A stretch of 64,000 bases of DNA from Legionellaceae bacterium (GTDB lineage Bacteria; Pseudomonadota; Gammaproteobacteria; Legionellales; Legionellaceae). The notes beneath the pieces are model-generated. The model saw only the letters and a list, made by a program, of their open reading frames with translations, did not search any database and had not been told where the DNA came from. The first letter of the stretch is position 1, and each line of letters opens with the position of its first letter. Shown here piece by piece: positions 1 through 9,383 of this stretch. The stretch lies in NCBI GenBank assembly GCA_029212465.1, contig JARGNV010000004.1, forward strand, positions 41,580 through 105,579. Reading direction: 5' to 3'. Made by a program: the position numbers and the translations under genes.

Positions 1-36
1 AAACTGACGGATTATTGCACAAATCAAACTAAAAAC

Positions 37-41
37 ACAAA
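37..41. repeat. ACAAA, candidate target-site duplication (left) of the composite unit 42-4353
   Basis: The same pentamer directly abuts the outer end of the IS remnant at 4354-4358. Five bp in AT-rich DNA is weak evidence. Confidence 0.3.
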
Positions 42-60
42 TAGAAGTTACGCATTGACA
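42..60. repeat. Terminal inverted repeat of the IS (transposase 3' side)
   Basis: Exact reverse complement of 1174-1192. A third copy with one deleted base lies at 4336-4353. Confidence 0.85.
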
Positions 61-1115
61 GCTCTCTGAAATTTCGGATTCAAATGCTCTTTAGTTTGGG
101 CAAACATTCCAATAAACGAAGCGATTACTTCATTGAATAATTCTCGGCGCAACCGATAACAATTACTGTTCATATCCATAGCTCTTAATTTCTGAAGCTC
201 CACATAACCACAAATTGAAGCAAACAAATGGTTTTTAACGGCAACTTTACTGCGAACTTGAAAGCTTTCAATATTACAGACTTGCTTGATTGCGCGGTGA
301 TATTGCTCGTTCTGCCAGTGTTGACCGTGTATTTGTTCAAAATTAGATTTGTTTAAAAGGCTAAATCTTGCTCCATCGTCGGGTGGACCTTCTTCGTTAG
401 GCAAGTGCATTGCGTAATGACGAACTTGGTCTTTTAAATTCGTCCGGAACAGCTTTACTTGCCCAAAATCACGTAACCAAACAACTAATCCATCGTCTGG
501 TATCTCCAGGGTTTGTACTTGTTGCCATGTGCCTTTTTCAATAGAAACCAGGCGATTACTTTCGAGTGCAAATAAAAATTCAAGGTGATGGTTTTTTATC
601 GCTTTTAAATTTTTTACGCAACTGTACCAACTATCGCCGGTGACACAAGCAGACTCTAGGCCCCAAGCCAATACCTCAGCCAACATTTCTAGAAAATAAT
701 CATTTTTTGTTTTGCCTTCCGCTTTGTCATAGACACGAAAATTCACGGGTTGATGTTGCCCATGAGGGTCAGTGTAATAAAGGGTTATTAGATTGATTCC
801 CTTGACCACTTTATGATGCTTTCCAGACCAATAATGGCCAACTAAGGCAATATAATGTGCATAAGGCTTATCAAGCACACTATCATCGACACTGAGCGTT
901 CCTCCTTGTAAATTCAAAGTCGGTTTTACTTCAATGAATAAATCATGTGCAGAATAAGATTCTCTGTTCAAAAACCGATTAACACTATCATGAGAAATAT
1001 CCATGACAGAAGCTAAGCGACTACAGCTGACACCTTTTGGCTCGCTTAATAGAAATTCAATATACATCGGTAATGCGCACCGTGCGGTTGATGGGCGGGT
1101 AAGCGTTCGTATCAA
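48..1115 (-). CDS. DDE transposase, IS4/IS701-like superfamily
   Basis: Candidate catalytic motifs are LSVDDSVLDK, VTGDSWYS and HWQNEQYHRAIKQ (a YREK-like signature). The track start is TTG. The frame is open to the IS end, and the first ATG is at 1067 (MYIEFLL...), so the true start is uncertain. Confidence 0.8.
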   Translation of the reverse strand: MIRTLTRPSTARCALPMYIEFLLSEPKGVSCSRLASVMDISHDSVNRFLNRESYSAHDLFIEVKPTLNLQGGTLSVDDSVLDKPYAHYIALVGHYWSGKHHKVVKGINLITLYYTDPHGQHQPVNFRVYDKAEGKTKNDYFLEMLAEVLAWGLESACVTGDSWYSCVKNLKAIKNHHLEFLFALESNRLVSIEKGTWQQVQTLEIPDDGLVVWLRDFGQVKLFRTNLKDQVRHYAMHLPNEEGPPDDGARFSLLNKSNFEQIHGQHWQNEQYHRAIKQVCNIESFQVRSKVAVKNHLFASICGYVELQKLRAMDMNSNCYRLRRELFNEVIASFIGMFAQTKEHLNPKFQRAVNA

Positions 1116-1173
1116 AATGTGCCTTCCGGTGGCGTATCTTCTTTTCTTCGAATTATCAGAAATTTTGAAGCTT

Positions 1174-1192
1174 TGTCAATGCGTAACTTCTA
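1174..1192. repeat. Terminal inverted repeat of the IS (transposase 5' side)
   Basis: TGTCAATGCGTAACTTCTA is the reverse complement of 42-60. Confidence 0.85.
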
Positions 1193-1316
1193 TAAGATCA
1201 CATTCTTGGATGAATTTAAAGTCACACGTGATCTCGCCCTGTGATTCCTGGTTGTTTTATATTTTGATTGTTGTGTATAGTGGGAGCACTAGAAAATTTG
1301 ATAAAAATATTAAGTA

Positions 1317-1487
1317 ATGTTTGATAAAGCAAAGCCAGCCAGTCATTATTCTGAACCTTCTGCATCTTTGCCTGAAAGAAAATCTAAAGTGTACCAAGCC
1401 CCTACTATAACCCCCCTTGACAACAGTGAGCCAGAGAGCGGGAGTTCAAATGTGCCCGAAACCAATGCCGGCGTATTAGAATCTTAG
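1317..1487 (+). CDS. Unannotated 56-codon ORF (MFDKAKPASHYSEPSASLPERKSKVYQAPTITPLDNSEPESGSSNVPETNAGVLES); hypothetical small peptide
   Basis: My own translation. The ORF is below the track's length cut-off. ATG is at 1317 and TAG at 1485-1487, 1 nt before the ATG of the downstream gene. There is no clear Shine-Dalgarno sequence, and a 48-codon ORF also exists on the opposite strand. Confidence 0.3.
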   Translation: MFDKAKPASHYSEPSASLPERKSKVYQAPTITPLDNSEPESGSSNVPETNAGVLES

Positions 1488-1488
1488 T

Positions 1489-3147
1489 ATGATGCCGCAA
1501 TATTCCATACGTCCCGCCGTGCTGAATGCCAGTGGTTTTTTTCAGACTAGGCTTAATTCGTCGTGCGTAATTTATAGCGCGTCACCCCATGAGTCTATAC
1601 CCATAACCTCGTTTGAAGATAGCTTAAACCCTCTGCATTACCGTACAGTATTTCATCCGTTTGCCCAAGTTATCGAAAATAAACGTACAGGTGAGCACCT
1701 TTTGGTCCGTGACCATATGGGCGTACGCCCGTTGTATTACTATCATCATTCAGACCAACTTATTTTTGGCGACACCATTCCCGACATCATTCGTCAGTTA
1801 CCCCAAGCACCAGCCTTTCTTGATTCAGAAGTAGCTCACTTATTTGGGGATGTCCAACATTATACCGACAACACGCTCTACACAGCTATTTATCGTGTTG
1901 ATCCGGGTACGATGGTTCACATTAAGCCGGATGGACACATTAAAAAATCAGTGTTTTGGCAACTAGAGCAAGAAGGTGAGACCTTACGCTACCGTGATGA
2001 GCGAAAATACCAGGAGCACTTTACTTCCCTTATGCAGGCGTCTGTCAAACATGCCGCGCAGGGCTCAGATGATTCCACCCTTGCAGCCGAGTTCAGTGCA
2101 GGCATGGATTCAACGGCTATTTATGGCACGTGTGCCGCGCTTGGGTTAAATCCAACACTGTTTATGCATGAGCCTTTATCCAACTCATCCAATGCGAAAA
2201 CCTACAACGATGTGTATGAACGTGCATTCATAGCGCAGTTTTCATCGGCCAAGATTCATCGTGTTCGGGCCGATAATTTTGACCCTCTACGTGTTTTTAA
2301 AGACTATGCCGGCTGGTTTGGGGGTCCCGCACCGTATATTTTTGAATTATTCGCGCATAATCTCCACCAAGCGGTCGGCAGAAAAGGGCATACACGATTA
2401 CTCTCGGGCTTAGGTGGCGACCAAGGGGTATCCAGTCACATTCCTGCACGCTTTATTTTACCCGAGTTGTTGCACAACAAACAATTGAACAAGGCATGGT
2501 GTGAGTCAGCGCAAACAAGCAAGCTTCGCCATATCGCGTTACTTCTTCAATGCGCTCACCCGTCTTTGCATGCCTTGATAAAGCATACTCAAGATTTAAA
2601 ACTAAACACCCGTAATCTATTCAAAAAGCCCGACCAAAGACAGGTTGCCAGCACCCATCCTTATCATCGCCACTATTTTAAAACCTTACGCGAAGTCGAA
2701 TGGTCTTTTCTTCAAGGCCCCAACAGTCATGCCATGCGTATGCGGATAGAGCACAGCAGTATTGTGGGGAAAAAAATGGGGTTTGATTACCGTTATCCGC
2801 TATTGTACCCACCTTTACTTGAGTTTTTCTTGAGCCTACCCCTCGATCAAAAACGTCATCAAGGGGTGGGTCGACACATGATGCGTCGTTATTTAGCTCA
2901 AATCATGCCATCCGTGCCGTTTCATATGTATCAAAAGAAAGAGGGCATCAATATTGTTCCCGCCACCATGGATACATTTAAGGCGCAATGGGATAGTGGT
3001 GCGTTTCAAATCGCATTTGAAAACCTGGCGTTTAAAAAACTTACCCAAGACAAATCATCTCACAAAGCCATGATAAAAACGATACAAGCGTTCATGCTCA
3101 ACGAGCGCTGCAAAATCACACACGGACATGACGGGAGAAAAGGATGA
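1489..3147 (+). CDS. Asparagine synthetase B-family (PP-loop, adenylating) protein lacking the N-terminal Cys nucleophile; lactam-synthetase/lasso-cyclase-like architecture
   Basis: It has RDHMGVRPLYYY (the AsnB-type RD..G.KPLYY motif) and FSAGMDST (a variant of the SGGxDS PP-loop). The N-terminus is MMPQYS, not MCG. The N-terminal domain is short. Length is 552 aa. Confidence 0.7.
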   Translation: MMPQYSIRPAVLNASGFFQTRLNSSCVIYSASPHESIPITSFEDSLNPLHYRTVFHPFAQVIENKRTGEHLLVRDHMGVRPLYYYHHSDQLIFGDTIPDIIRQLPQAPAFLDSEVAHLFGDVQHYTDNTLYTAIYRVDPGTMVHIKPDGHIKKSVFWQLEQEGETLRYRDERKYQEHFTSLMQASVKHAAQGSDDSTLAAEFSAGMDSTAIYGTCAALGLNPTLFMHEPLSNSSNAKTYNDVYERAFIAQFSSAKIHRVRADNFDPLRVFKDYAGWFGGPAPYIFELFAHNLHQAVGRKGHTRLLSGLGGDQGVSSHIPARFILPELLHNKQLNKAWCESAQTSKLRHIALLLQCAHPSLHALIKHTQDLKLNTRNLFKKPDQRQVASTHPYHRHYFKTLREVEWSFLQGPNSHAMRMRIEHSSIVGKKMGFDYRYPLLYPPLLEFFLSLPLDQKRHQGVGRHMMRRYLAQIMPSVPFHMYQKKEGINIVPATMDTFKAQWDSGAFQIAFENLAFKKLTQDKSSHKAMIKTIQAFMLNERCKITHGHDGRKG

Positions 3148-4148
3148 CACCAAGAGTTAAGCCCCAGCAAAACGTGCTGTTCATTGCACTTACAACCCTT
3201 GCGCTATTGCCGATGACGAGCTTTGCTCAATCAAAGCCCATCATGATCACGGATTTATTCACAAACATATCTCCAACGGAGCCTTGGCGCAAGGGACGAT
3301 TAACCGCGACAAAAACAGTCAATTTTCAGCAATCTTTGAGTGGTGGTACAGATGCTACAACGGTTGCTAAAGTACAGCTTGGTTATTTTACCTCAGCTGA
3401 TTGTACAGGGGCGTTAGCAGGCACGGGTTTTTACACAACCCCTAATGGAACATCATTTAACATCAGCGTAGGCAGCCCATTTGGGCTTGTAGCTGCGTCC
3501 ACCTGGAATGTAGGTGTTAATCAACTAGGCATAAGCACGGGGGATATGGCTAACATACAATCCGTTGCCGTGACGTTAAAAAGCACCAACAGCGATGTAC
3601 CACAGTCTAATTTTTCAAATAATAGCTTTGCTTGTGTCGCTGTGACATGTGCTACTAATGCCTGTACCTCAGCTGCTGGTACACAAATTTTTCAACTCAA
3701 AATAACAGCGGCAGTAGGTGACCCTGCAGATGGTGGGGTGATTGCAGATGTAGTAGGTCTCATTGCTACGGCGTCGGATGCTGGTAGCTATGAATGGGGT
3801 GGAAATGGCACAACAACTACCGCCCGAAGTTTTACAGATGGTGCTGAAAACACCTCAACCATCGTAACAACACTTGGTACAAGTTCAAATTACGCTGCTC
3901 TCGTTTGCAATGAGCTCTCTATCAGAGGCGGCTACACCACTGGCTGGTTTTTACCCGCCCTAGACCAGTTGTCTGCGCTGTATACGAATCAGGCGAATAT
4001 CGGTGGTTTTACCACTGGGAGGTACTGGAGCTCTACTGAGCAGAACAGCACTAAAGCGTATTTCCAGAGATTCAATAATGGCTCTCGGTTCAGTGATGAT
4101 AAGTACTTTGCCTTCCGTGTTCGGTGTGTTCGGGCTTTTACCCCTTAA
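3144..4148 (+). CDS. Secreted protein with C-terminal DUF1566 (Lcl C-terminal domain-like) module
   Basis: The signal peptide is ...LFIALTTLALLPMTSFA|QS. The C-terminus GWFLPALDQLSALY...RYWSSTEQ...FRVRCVRAF matches the DUF1566 pattern. The start overlaps the upstream stop (ATGA), and a GGAG-type SD is present. Confidence 0.75.
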   Translation: MTPRVKPQQNVLFIALTTLALLPMTSFAQSKPIMITDLFTNISPTEPWRKGRLTATKTVNFQQSLSGGTDATTVAKVQLGYFTSADCTGALAGTGFYTTPNGTSFNISVGSPFGLVAASTWNVGVNQLGISTGDMANIQSVAVTLKSTNSDVPQSNFSNNSFACVAVTCATNACTSAAGTQIFQLKITAAVGDPADGGVIADVVGLIATASDAGSYEWGGNGTTTTARSFTDGAENTSTIVTTLGTSSNYAALVCNELSIRGGYTTGWFLPALDQLSALYTNQANIGGFTTGRYWSSTEQNSTKAYFQRFNNGSRFSDDKYFAFRVRCVRAFTP

Positions 4149-4152
4149 TCCC

Positions 4153-4353
4153 TGCCGTTAAAAACCATTTGTTTGCTTCAATTTGTGGTTATGTGGAGCT
4201 TCAGAAATTAAGAGCTATGGATATGAACAGTAATTGTTATCGGTTGCGCCGAGAATTATTCAATGAAGTAATCGCTTCGTTTATTGGAATGTTTGCCCAA
4301 ACTAAAGAGCATTTGAATCCGAAATTTCAGAGCGCTGTCATGCGTAACTTCTA
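4153..4353 (+). mobile_element. 201-bp terminal remnant of the IS at 42-1192, in inverted orientation
   Basis: 4153-4353 equals the reverse complement of 42-243 apart from one substitution (GAGAGC>GAGCGC) and one single-base deletion inside the IR (TGTCAATGCG>TGTCATGCG). It begins 5 nt after the DUF1566 stop codon. Confidence 0.9.
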
Positions 4354-4358
4354 ACAAA
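4354..4358. repeat. ACAAA, candidate target-site duplication (right) of the composite unit 42-4353
   Basis: It immediately follows the last matching base of the IS remnant (..AACTTCTA|ACAAA) and mirrors 37-41. Confidence 0.3.
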
Positions 4359-4608
4359 TAAATCACTACAAAAAAAGTATATTGTAGTAGGTTATACTTC
4401 AATTCAAAAACCTATAGGCAATACAAAAAAATTGTGTTAGCATCTATCAATCTCAAAGATATTACGAATGCGCGTGGGGCGCCAAAGCCGCACAATACTA
4501 TATATGATTAAGCCATCGTTTCTGCCACGATGCTTTTCGTAACATAAATTCTGGATACCGATTGCATTTAACCAAAAATTTTTAATCAACAACCTCAAAG
4601 CGAGACCT

Positions 4609-5877
4609 ATGAACCTCAGTGAATTAAAGCGATTACCTATTGCTGAATTGGTAAACATCGCGCAAGAAGCAAAAATTGATAATACCTCTCGAATGCGAAA
4701 GCAAGACATCATTTTCTCCATTTTAAAAGCACATGCCGCCAAAGGTGCCGATATTTATGGTAATGGTGTCGTCGAAATTTTACCTGAAGGGGGCTTTGGC
4801 TTCTTACGCTCTCCAGATGGATCTTATCTAGCAGGGCCCGACGATATCTATGTATCTCCCAGTCAAATCAGACGCTTTGGCCTGCGTACGGGTGATACCA
4901 TTTCAGGGAAAATTCGTCCCCCAAAAGATAACGAGCGTTATTTTGCATTACTTAAAGTTGATAAAATCAATTATGACACCCCTGAAAATGCAAAACGTAA
5001 AATCCTTTTTGAAAACTTAACCCCACTGTTTGCCTCCGAGCGCTTAGTGATGGAGCAGGGTAATGGCAGTACCGAAGACTTAACAGCACGCGTTATTGAC
5101 CTTGCTGCACCTTTCGGACTCGGTCAGCGTGGATTGATTGTTGCACCGCCTAAAGCTGGTAAAACTATCATGCTGCAAAATATCGCACACTCCATTGCAA
5201 AAAATTATCCTGACTGTCATTTAATTGTTTTGCTTATCGATGAGCGCCCTGAGGAAGTCACTGAAATGCAACGCTCTGTTAAAGGAGAAGTGGTTGCTAG
5301 TACTTTTGATGAGCCTGCAACCCGTCACGTGCAAGTTGCCGAAATGGTTATTGAAAAGGCCAAACGCTTGGTTGAGCACAAAAAAGACGTTGTGATTTTA
5401 CTAGACTCTTTAACACGCCTTGCACGCGCTTACAACACCGTAGTACCATCTTCTGGCAAAGTACTCACCGGTGGTGTCGATGCCAATGCCCTACAACGAC
5501 CCAAGCGTTTGTATGGTGCTGCACGAAATATCGAGGAAGGGGGAAGTCTTACTATCCTTGCTACAGCAATGGTTGAAACTGGCTCTAAAATGGATGAAGT
5601 TATCTATGAGGAATTTAAAGGTACGGGTAATATGGAAATCCACCTGAGCCGTACTATTTCTGAGCGTCGCACATTCCCAGCCATTAATATTAACCGCTCA
5701 GGCACACGTCGCGAAGACTTACTGCTTTCCCCCGAAGAACTCCAACGCATGTGGATTTTGCGTAAAATTCTACAACCAATGGATGAATCAGATGCCATTG
5801 AGTTTTTACTTGAACGCATGAAAAGCCACAAAACAAATGCTGAGTTTTTCGCGGCTATGAAACGCCAAGAGAAATAA
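4609..5877 (+). CDS. rho: Transcription termination factor Rho
   Basis: Full-length Rho-like sequence ([15 protein letters not shown]..., Walker A APPKAGKT, ...[10 protein letters not shown]). Confidence 0.97.
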   Translation: MNLSELKRLPIAELVNIAQEAKIDNTSRMRKQDIIFSILKAHAAKGADIYGNGVVEILPEGGFGFLRSPDGSYLAGPDDIYVSPSQIRRFGLRTGDTISGKIRPPKDNERYFALLKVDKINYDTPENAKRKILFENLTPLFASERLVMEQGNGSTEDLTARVIDLAAPFGLGQRGLIVAPPKAGKTIMLQNIAHSIAKNYPDCHLIVLLIDERPEEVTEMQRSVKGEVVASTFDEPATRHVQVAEMVIEKAKRLVEHKKDVVILLDSLTRLARAYNTVVPSSGKVLTGGVDANALQRPKRLYGAARNIEEGGSLTILATAMVETGSKMDEVIYEEFKGTGNMEIHLSRTISERRTFPAININRSGTRREDLLLSPEELQRMWILRKILQPMDESDAIEFLLERMKSHKTNAEFFAAMKRQEK

Positions 5878-5896
5878 ATATATTGGGGACATTTTA

Positions 5897-7372
5897 ATGA
5901 AGTATGGTGACTTGCGTGATTTTATTGATTATCTAGAATCACGCCAGTTACTGACTCGCATTGATTACCCTGTCTCACCTTACCTTGAAATGACCGCAGT
6001 CAGTGACAAAGTCTTGCGAGATAAGGGACCAGCACTGCTTTTTACGCGCCCCTTGCATCATCAAACACCTGTTCTCACGAACCTATTTGGCACTGTTGAA
6101 CGCGTTGCTCTGGCCATGGGGCAAGAAGATATCAAGGCGCTTCGTGATATCGGACAGCTTCTTGCTGCATTGAAAGAGCCAGAGCCCCCCAAAAGCTTTA
6201 AAGGCGCCTTCCAACAACTCCCACTTTTAAAGCACGCACTCAACATGGCCCCTAAAAAAACCGAGCGGGCTGTCTGCCAAACTCACGTTTTAGAAGGAGA
6301 CGCGGTCGACCTCACAAAGCTCCCCATTCAAACTTGTTGGCCTGAAGATGTCGCACCACTGATAACCTGGGGGCTTGTCACTACAAAAGGGCCACATCAA
6401 ACACGCGAAAACATTGGTATTTATCGTCAGCAAGTGCTCAATAAAAACCAACTCATTATGCGCTGGCTTGCACACCGTGGTGGTGCCCTCGACTACTTAG
6501 CTTTTCAAAAAGAGCATCCAAAAGAGCGCTTTCCTATTGCCGTCACATTAGGCACCGACCCTGCAACTTTGCTCGCAGCCGTCACGCCAGTACCCGACAG
6601 CTTATCTGAATATGCTTTTGCAGGGCTTTTGCGCGGTAAACGTACGCATCTCACACGTTGTATAGGAAGCGACTTACATGTGCCTGCCAACGCAGAGTTT
6701 GTACTAGAAGGTTATCTTGAGCCAGGCCATGAGGCGCCTGAAGGCCCCTTTGGCGATCACACAGGTTATTATAATGAGGTTGAATCCTTCCCTATATTCA
6801 CCGTTGAGCGCATCACACACCGCCCCGACCCTATTTACCATAGCACCTATACCGGCCGCCCACCGGATGAACCTGCCATTTTAGGGCTTGCCTTAAACGA
6901 CGTGTTTATTCCGCTCTTGCAGAAGCAATTTCCTGAAATCACTGACTTTTATCTACCGCCTGAAGGCTGTTCGTATCGACTTGCCGTTGTCACCATTAAA
7001 AAACAATATCCAGGGCATGCAAAACGCGTCATGATGGCTGTTTGGTCTTTCTTAAAGCAGTTTATGTATACCAAATTTGTCATTGTATGTGACGATGATA
7101 TTGATGCGCGTAATTGGCAAGACGTTATTTGGGCCATGACAACGCGTATGGACCCTGCTCGTGATACCGTCATGATAGATAATACCCCAATGGATTATCT
7201 CGACTTTGCATCCCCGATATCAGGACTTGGCTCAAAAATTGGCATGGATGCAACCAATAAATGGACCGGAGAAACTACGCGGCCTTGGGGCAAACCTATG
7301 AGCATGGACCCCGATATTTTAACAAAAGTCAGCGACTATTGGCCTGAATTAGGACTTGAATCCGATGTCTAA
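5897..7372 (+). CDS. ubiD: 4-hydroxy-3-polyprenylbenzoate decarboxylase UbiD
   Basis: [14 protein letters not shown]...GPALLF is collinear with UbiD. Length is 491 aa, and fre follows as in E. coli. Confidence 0.95.
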   Translation: MKYGDLRDFIDYLESRQLLTRIDYPVSPYLEMTAVSDKVLRDKGPALLFTRPLHHQTPVLTNLFGTVERVALAMGQEDIKALRDIGQLLAALKEPEPPKSFKGAFQQLPLLKHALNMAPKKTERAVCQTHVLEGDAVDLTKLPIQTCWPEDVAPLITWGLVTTKGPHQTRENIGIYRQQVLNKNQLIMRWLAHRGGALDYLAFQKEHPKERFPIAVTLGTDPATLLAAVTPVPDSLSEYAFAGLLRGKRTHLTRCIGSDLHVPANAEFVLEGYLEPGHEAPEGPFGDHTGYYNEVESFPIFTVERITHRPDPIYHSTYTGRPPDEPAILGLALNDVFIPLLQKQFPEITDFYLPPEGCSYRLAVVTIKKQYPGHAKRVMMAVWSFLKQFMYTKFVIVCDDDIDARNWQDVIWAMTTRMDPARDTVMIDNTPMDYLDFASPISGLGSKIGMDATNKWTGETTRPWGKPMSMDPDILTKVSDYWPELGLESDV

Positions 7373-8078
7373 AGCAATGACACAAGCAGAAGTCACCCAA
7401 GTAACCCCTCTCACTAACCGTTTGCTGCGTGTCACCTTAACCCCTGAGCAGTACGTCGATTATGAGGCTGGTCAATATTTAGAGATTGTGTCTCCCAACC
7501 CAAACGAAACGCCTTATTATTCTATTGCTAATGCCCCACTCGGCTCGAAAACTTATGAGTTGCACATTCGCCACCAACCCAACAACACCGAACAACAACA
7601 TGTGCTAGATGCCATTACAAAACAAGGTCGTGTTATTCTGAACTTGCCATTTGGCCACTGTACACTACACGCACTGAGCGCAACACAACCTATTTTATTC
7701 ATTGCCGCAGGCACAGGATTTGCACCAATTAAGGCAATGATTGAGCAGTTACTTACAGAGGGTCGCACGCAACCATTTGAACTATTCTGGAGCGCACGAA
7801 CAAAAGAAGAACTCTACTTGGATGAGAAAGTATTGGCCTGGGAGAAGCACGTGCCACACTTTAAATACATGCCTCATGCAACAAACGAACATAAAATGTC
7901 TTTCATTGAGCGTATCATGACAGCGCACCAAACGCTTCTCAAGCATCAAATTGTGCTAGCAGGCCCTTTTGATTTTGTATACAAATTACGCGATAAACTC
8001 ATTGAAAAAGGCATACCACAACAACAATTATTTTCTGACGCCTTTCATCTCGAATCCTCATCAGGAGAAGCATTATGA
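7365..8078 (+). CDS. fre: NAD(P)H-flavin reductase Fre (ferredoxin-NADP reductase fold)
   Basis: Motifs [19 protein letters not shown] and FSDAF are present. The track start at 7356 is TTG; the ATG at 7365 has AGGA about 10 nt upstream, and an ATG at 7377 is also possible. Confidence 0.85.
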   Translation: MSKAMTQAEVTQVTPLTNRLLRVTLTPEQYVDYEAGQYLEIVSPNPNETPYYSIANAPLGSKTYELHIRHQPNNTEQQHVLDAITKQGRVILNLPFGHCTLHALSATQPILFIAAGTGFAPIKAMIEQLLTEGRTQPFELFWSARTKEELYLDEKVLAWEKHVPHFKYMPHATNEHKMSFIERIMTAHQTLLKHQIVLAGPFDFVYKLRDKLIEKGIPQQQLFSDAFHLESSSGEAL

Positions 8079-8266
8079 GCACTTTATACCAAATACTCGC
8101 CCTCATTGGCGCAGCCCTTATCGTATGGCTTATCTATCGTGCTATCAAAGGAGACCCAGCGCAGTTCAGTCGTGAAAATTTAGCCAAAAGTTTCTCAAGC
8201 ATGGGCATACTCGCGCTCATTCTTATCGTGTTTGTTGCATTCCTCGTGCTAATGACACGACAATAA
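8075..8266 (+). CDS. Small two-TM membrane protein, hypothetical
   Basis: 63 aa with two hydrophobic helices. The start overlaps the fre stop (ATGA). Confidence 0.5.
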   Translation: MSTLYQILALIGAALIVWLIYRAIKGDPAQFSRENLAKSFSSMGILALILIVFVAFLVLMTRQ

Positions 8267-8306
8267 TGATTCATCCGATAATACTTAACCTCGGGGAGTC
8301 CATTAC

Positions 8307-9248
8307 ATGATCGAAAAAAATGCATTTTCCAATCCGCAACTTCAATGGAACTTCTCTTTTTTAATGTCCAAAGAGTTCTCCCATTTCTTACACCTAATCC
8401 CTGATGCCGCTATCCTCAGCACAGAATCAGGTCAAATTATATTAACCAACCAAACAGCACAAACACTCTTTGGATATACAGAAACAGAATTTCTTCAAGT
8501 CAATATTGAAGATTTAGTCCCAGAAAGCATCAGAGCTGTTCACCCAACCCTACGTGCTACATTTTTTGAAAACCCAGAGCCTAGGCTTTTGAAAAGTAGA
8601 AACTTAAAACTTACAGCCCAAAAGAAAGACAAATCACTATTCCCCATGGAATCAGCGCTATTTGCCATTCAAACCGATAAAGGACCGATTGCCGTTAATT
8701 TGCTACGAGACATCTCAATACAAAAAGCACACGAGGAAAAAATTACTCGGTATGCCTTTGTAGATACGTTAACAAACCTCCCCAACCGCCGCTATTTTGA
8801 CGACAATATCAAGCGTATTGCATCAAAAGTGCGACGAGATAACACGACGCTCGGTATTTTATATATTGATATTGATGCGTTTAAACCTATCAATGATACC
8901 TATGGGCATGAAGCTGGTGACCTTGTGCTACGCACAATAGCCGCCCGTCTCTCCAAGCTCTTACGTAAAGAAGATTTTTTATGCCGCATCGGTGGCGATG
9001 AGTTTATTCTCATCATTCACCCTATTCCTGAAACATATTATTTAGAAACAATAGCCGAACGTATCTTAACTGCATGTAACCAACTCATCCCCTTCAATGA
9101 GCACAGTTTTCATGTATCCGCGAGTATTGGCATTAGTTTCAATGATTCCTCTCAATTTGACGAACAAATACTCATTAAAAATGCCGATAAAGCGATGTAT
9201 CTTGCTAAAAAACAAGGCGGCAATTGCTTTAAACATGCCCCAAAATAA
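8307..9248 (+). CDS. PAS-GGDEF diguanylate cyclase
   Basis: PAS-like N-terminal half. Intact RIGGDEF active site with an RKED (RxxD) I-site five residues upstream. Confidence 0.9.
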   Translation: MIEKNAFSNPQLQWNFSFLMSKEFSHFLHLIPDAAILSTESGQIILTNQTAQTLFGYTETEFLQVNIEDLVPESIRAVHPTLRATFFENPEPRLLKSRNLKLTAQKKDKSLFPMESALFAIQTDKGPIAVNLLRDISIQKAHEEKITRYAFVDTLTNLPNRRYFDDNIKRIASKVRRDNTTLGILYIDIDAFKPINDTYGHEAGDLVLRTIAARLSKLLRKEDFLCRIGGDEFILIIHPIPETYYLETIAERILTACNQLIPFNEHSFHVSASIGISFNDSSQFDEQILIKNADKAMYLAKKQGGNCFKHAPK

Positions 9249-9383
9249 TCACTTCCTCGTGACCTGCACAAGTAGTGATACAGAATCGGACAACTTATTT
9301 GTTACCTGCAGGCTGCTTTATTTTTGTTTTAATTTAAATCTTTGTGTGTTAAAATTTTACCCAATAAAAATTAGGAGATCCTT

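Larger units (their letters stand above)
42..1192 (-). mobile_element. Complete-looking insertion sequence (1,151 bp) with perfect 19-bp terminal inverted repeats and one DDE transposase gene
   Basis: TAGAAGTTACGCATTGACA at 42-60 is the exact reverse complement of 1174-1192. A single 355-codon ORF fills the element. The flanks (ACAAA on the left, TAAGA on the right) are not a direct repeat. Confidence 0.8.

Noticed and set aside
1003-1317. 104-aa track ORF spanning the IS end and the adjacent spacer
   Set aside because: It runs antisense to the transposase 5' end and crosses the IS terminal repeat. It has no SD and a low-complexity sequence, so it is most likely a shadow ORF.
1317-4148. Confident call of a lasso-peptide biosynthetic gene cluster
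   Set aside because: No leader peptidase (B, or B1/B2) and no RRE gene is present in the module. The putative core would start with Thr. The small ORF has weak translation signals. It is kept only as a hypothesis in the findings.
4124-4354. 76-aa track ORF overlapping the end of the DUF1566 gene
   Set aside because: Apart from a short N-terminal lead-in, it is the C-terminal 60-odd residues of the IS transposase read from the truncated remnant (AVKNHLFASICGYVELQKL...). It has no transposase N-terminus or catalytic domain, so it is a relic and not a gene.
9249-9383. PmrA (cTTAATatT tandem) or CpxR (GTAAA-N6-GTAAA) boxes upstream of the effector-like genes at 9384, 16115, 34519 and 42516
   Set aside because: Only loose AT-rich resemblances such as TTTAATTTAAA were found. 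No properly spaced tandem repeat is present.
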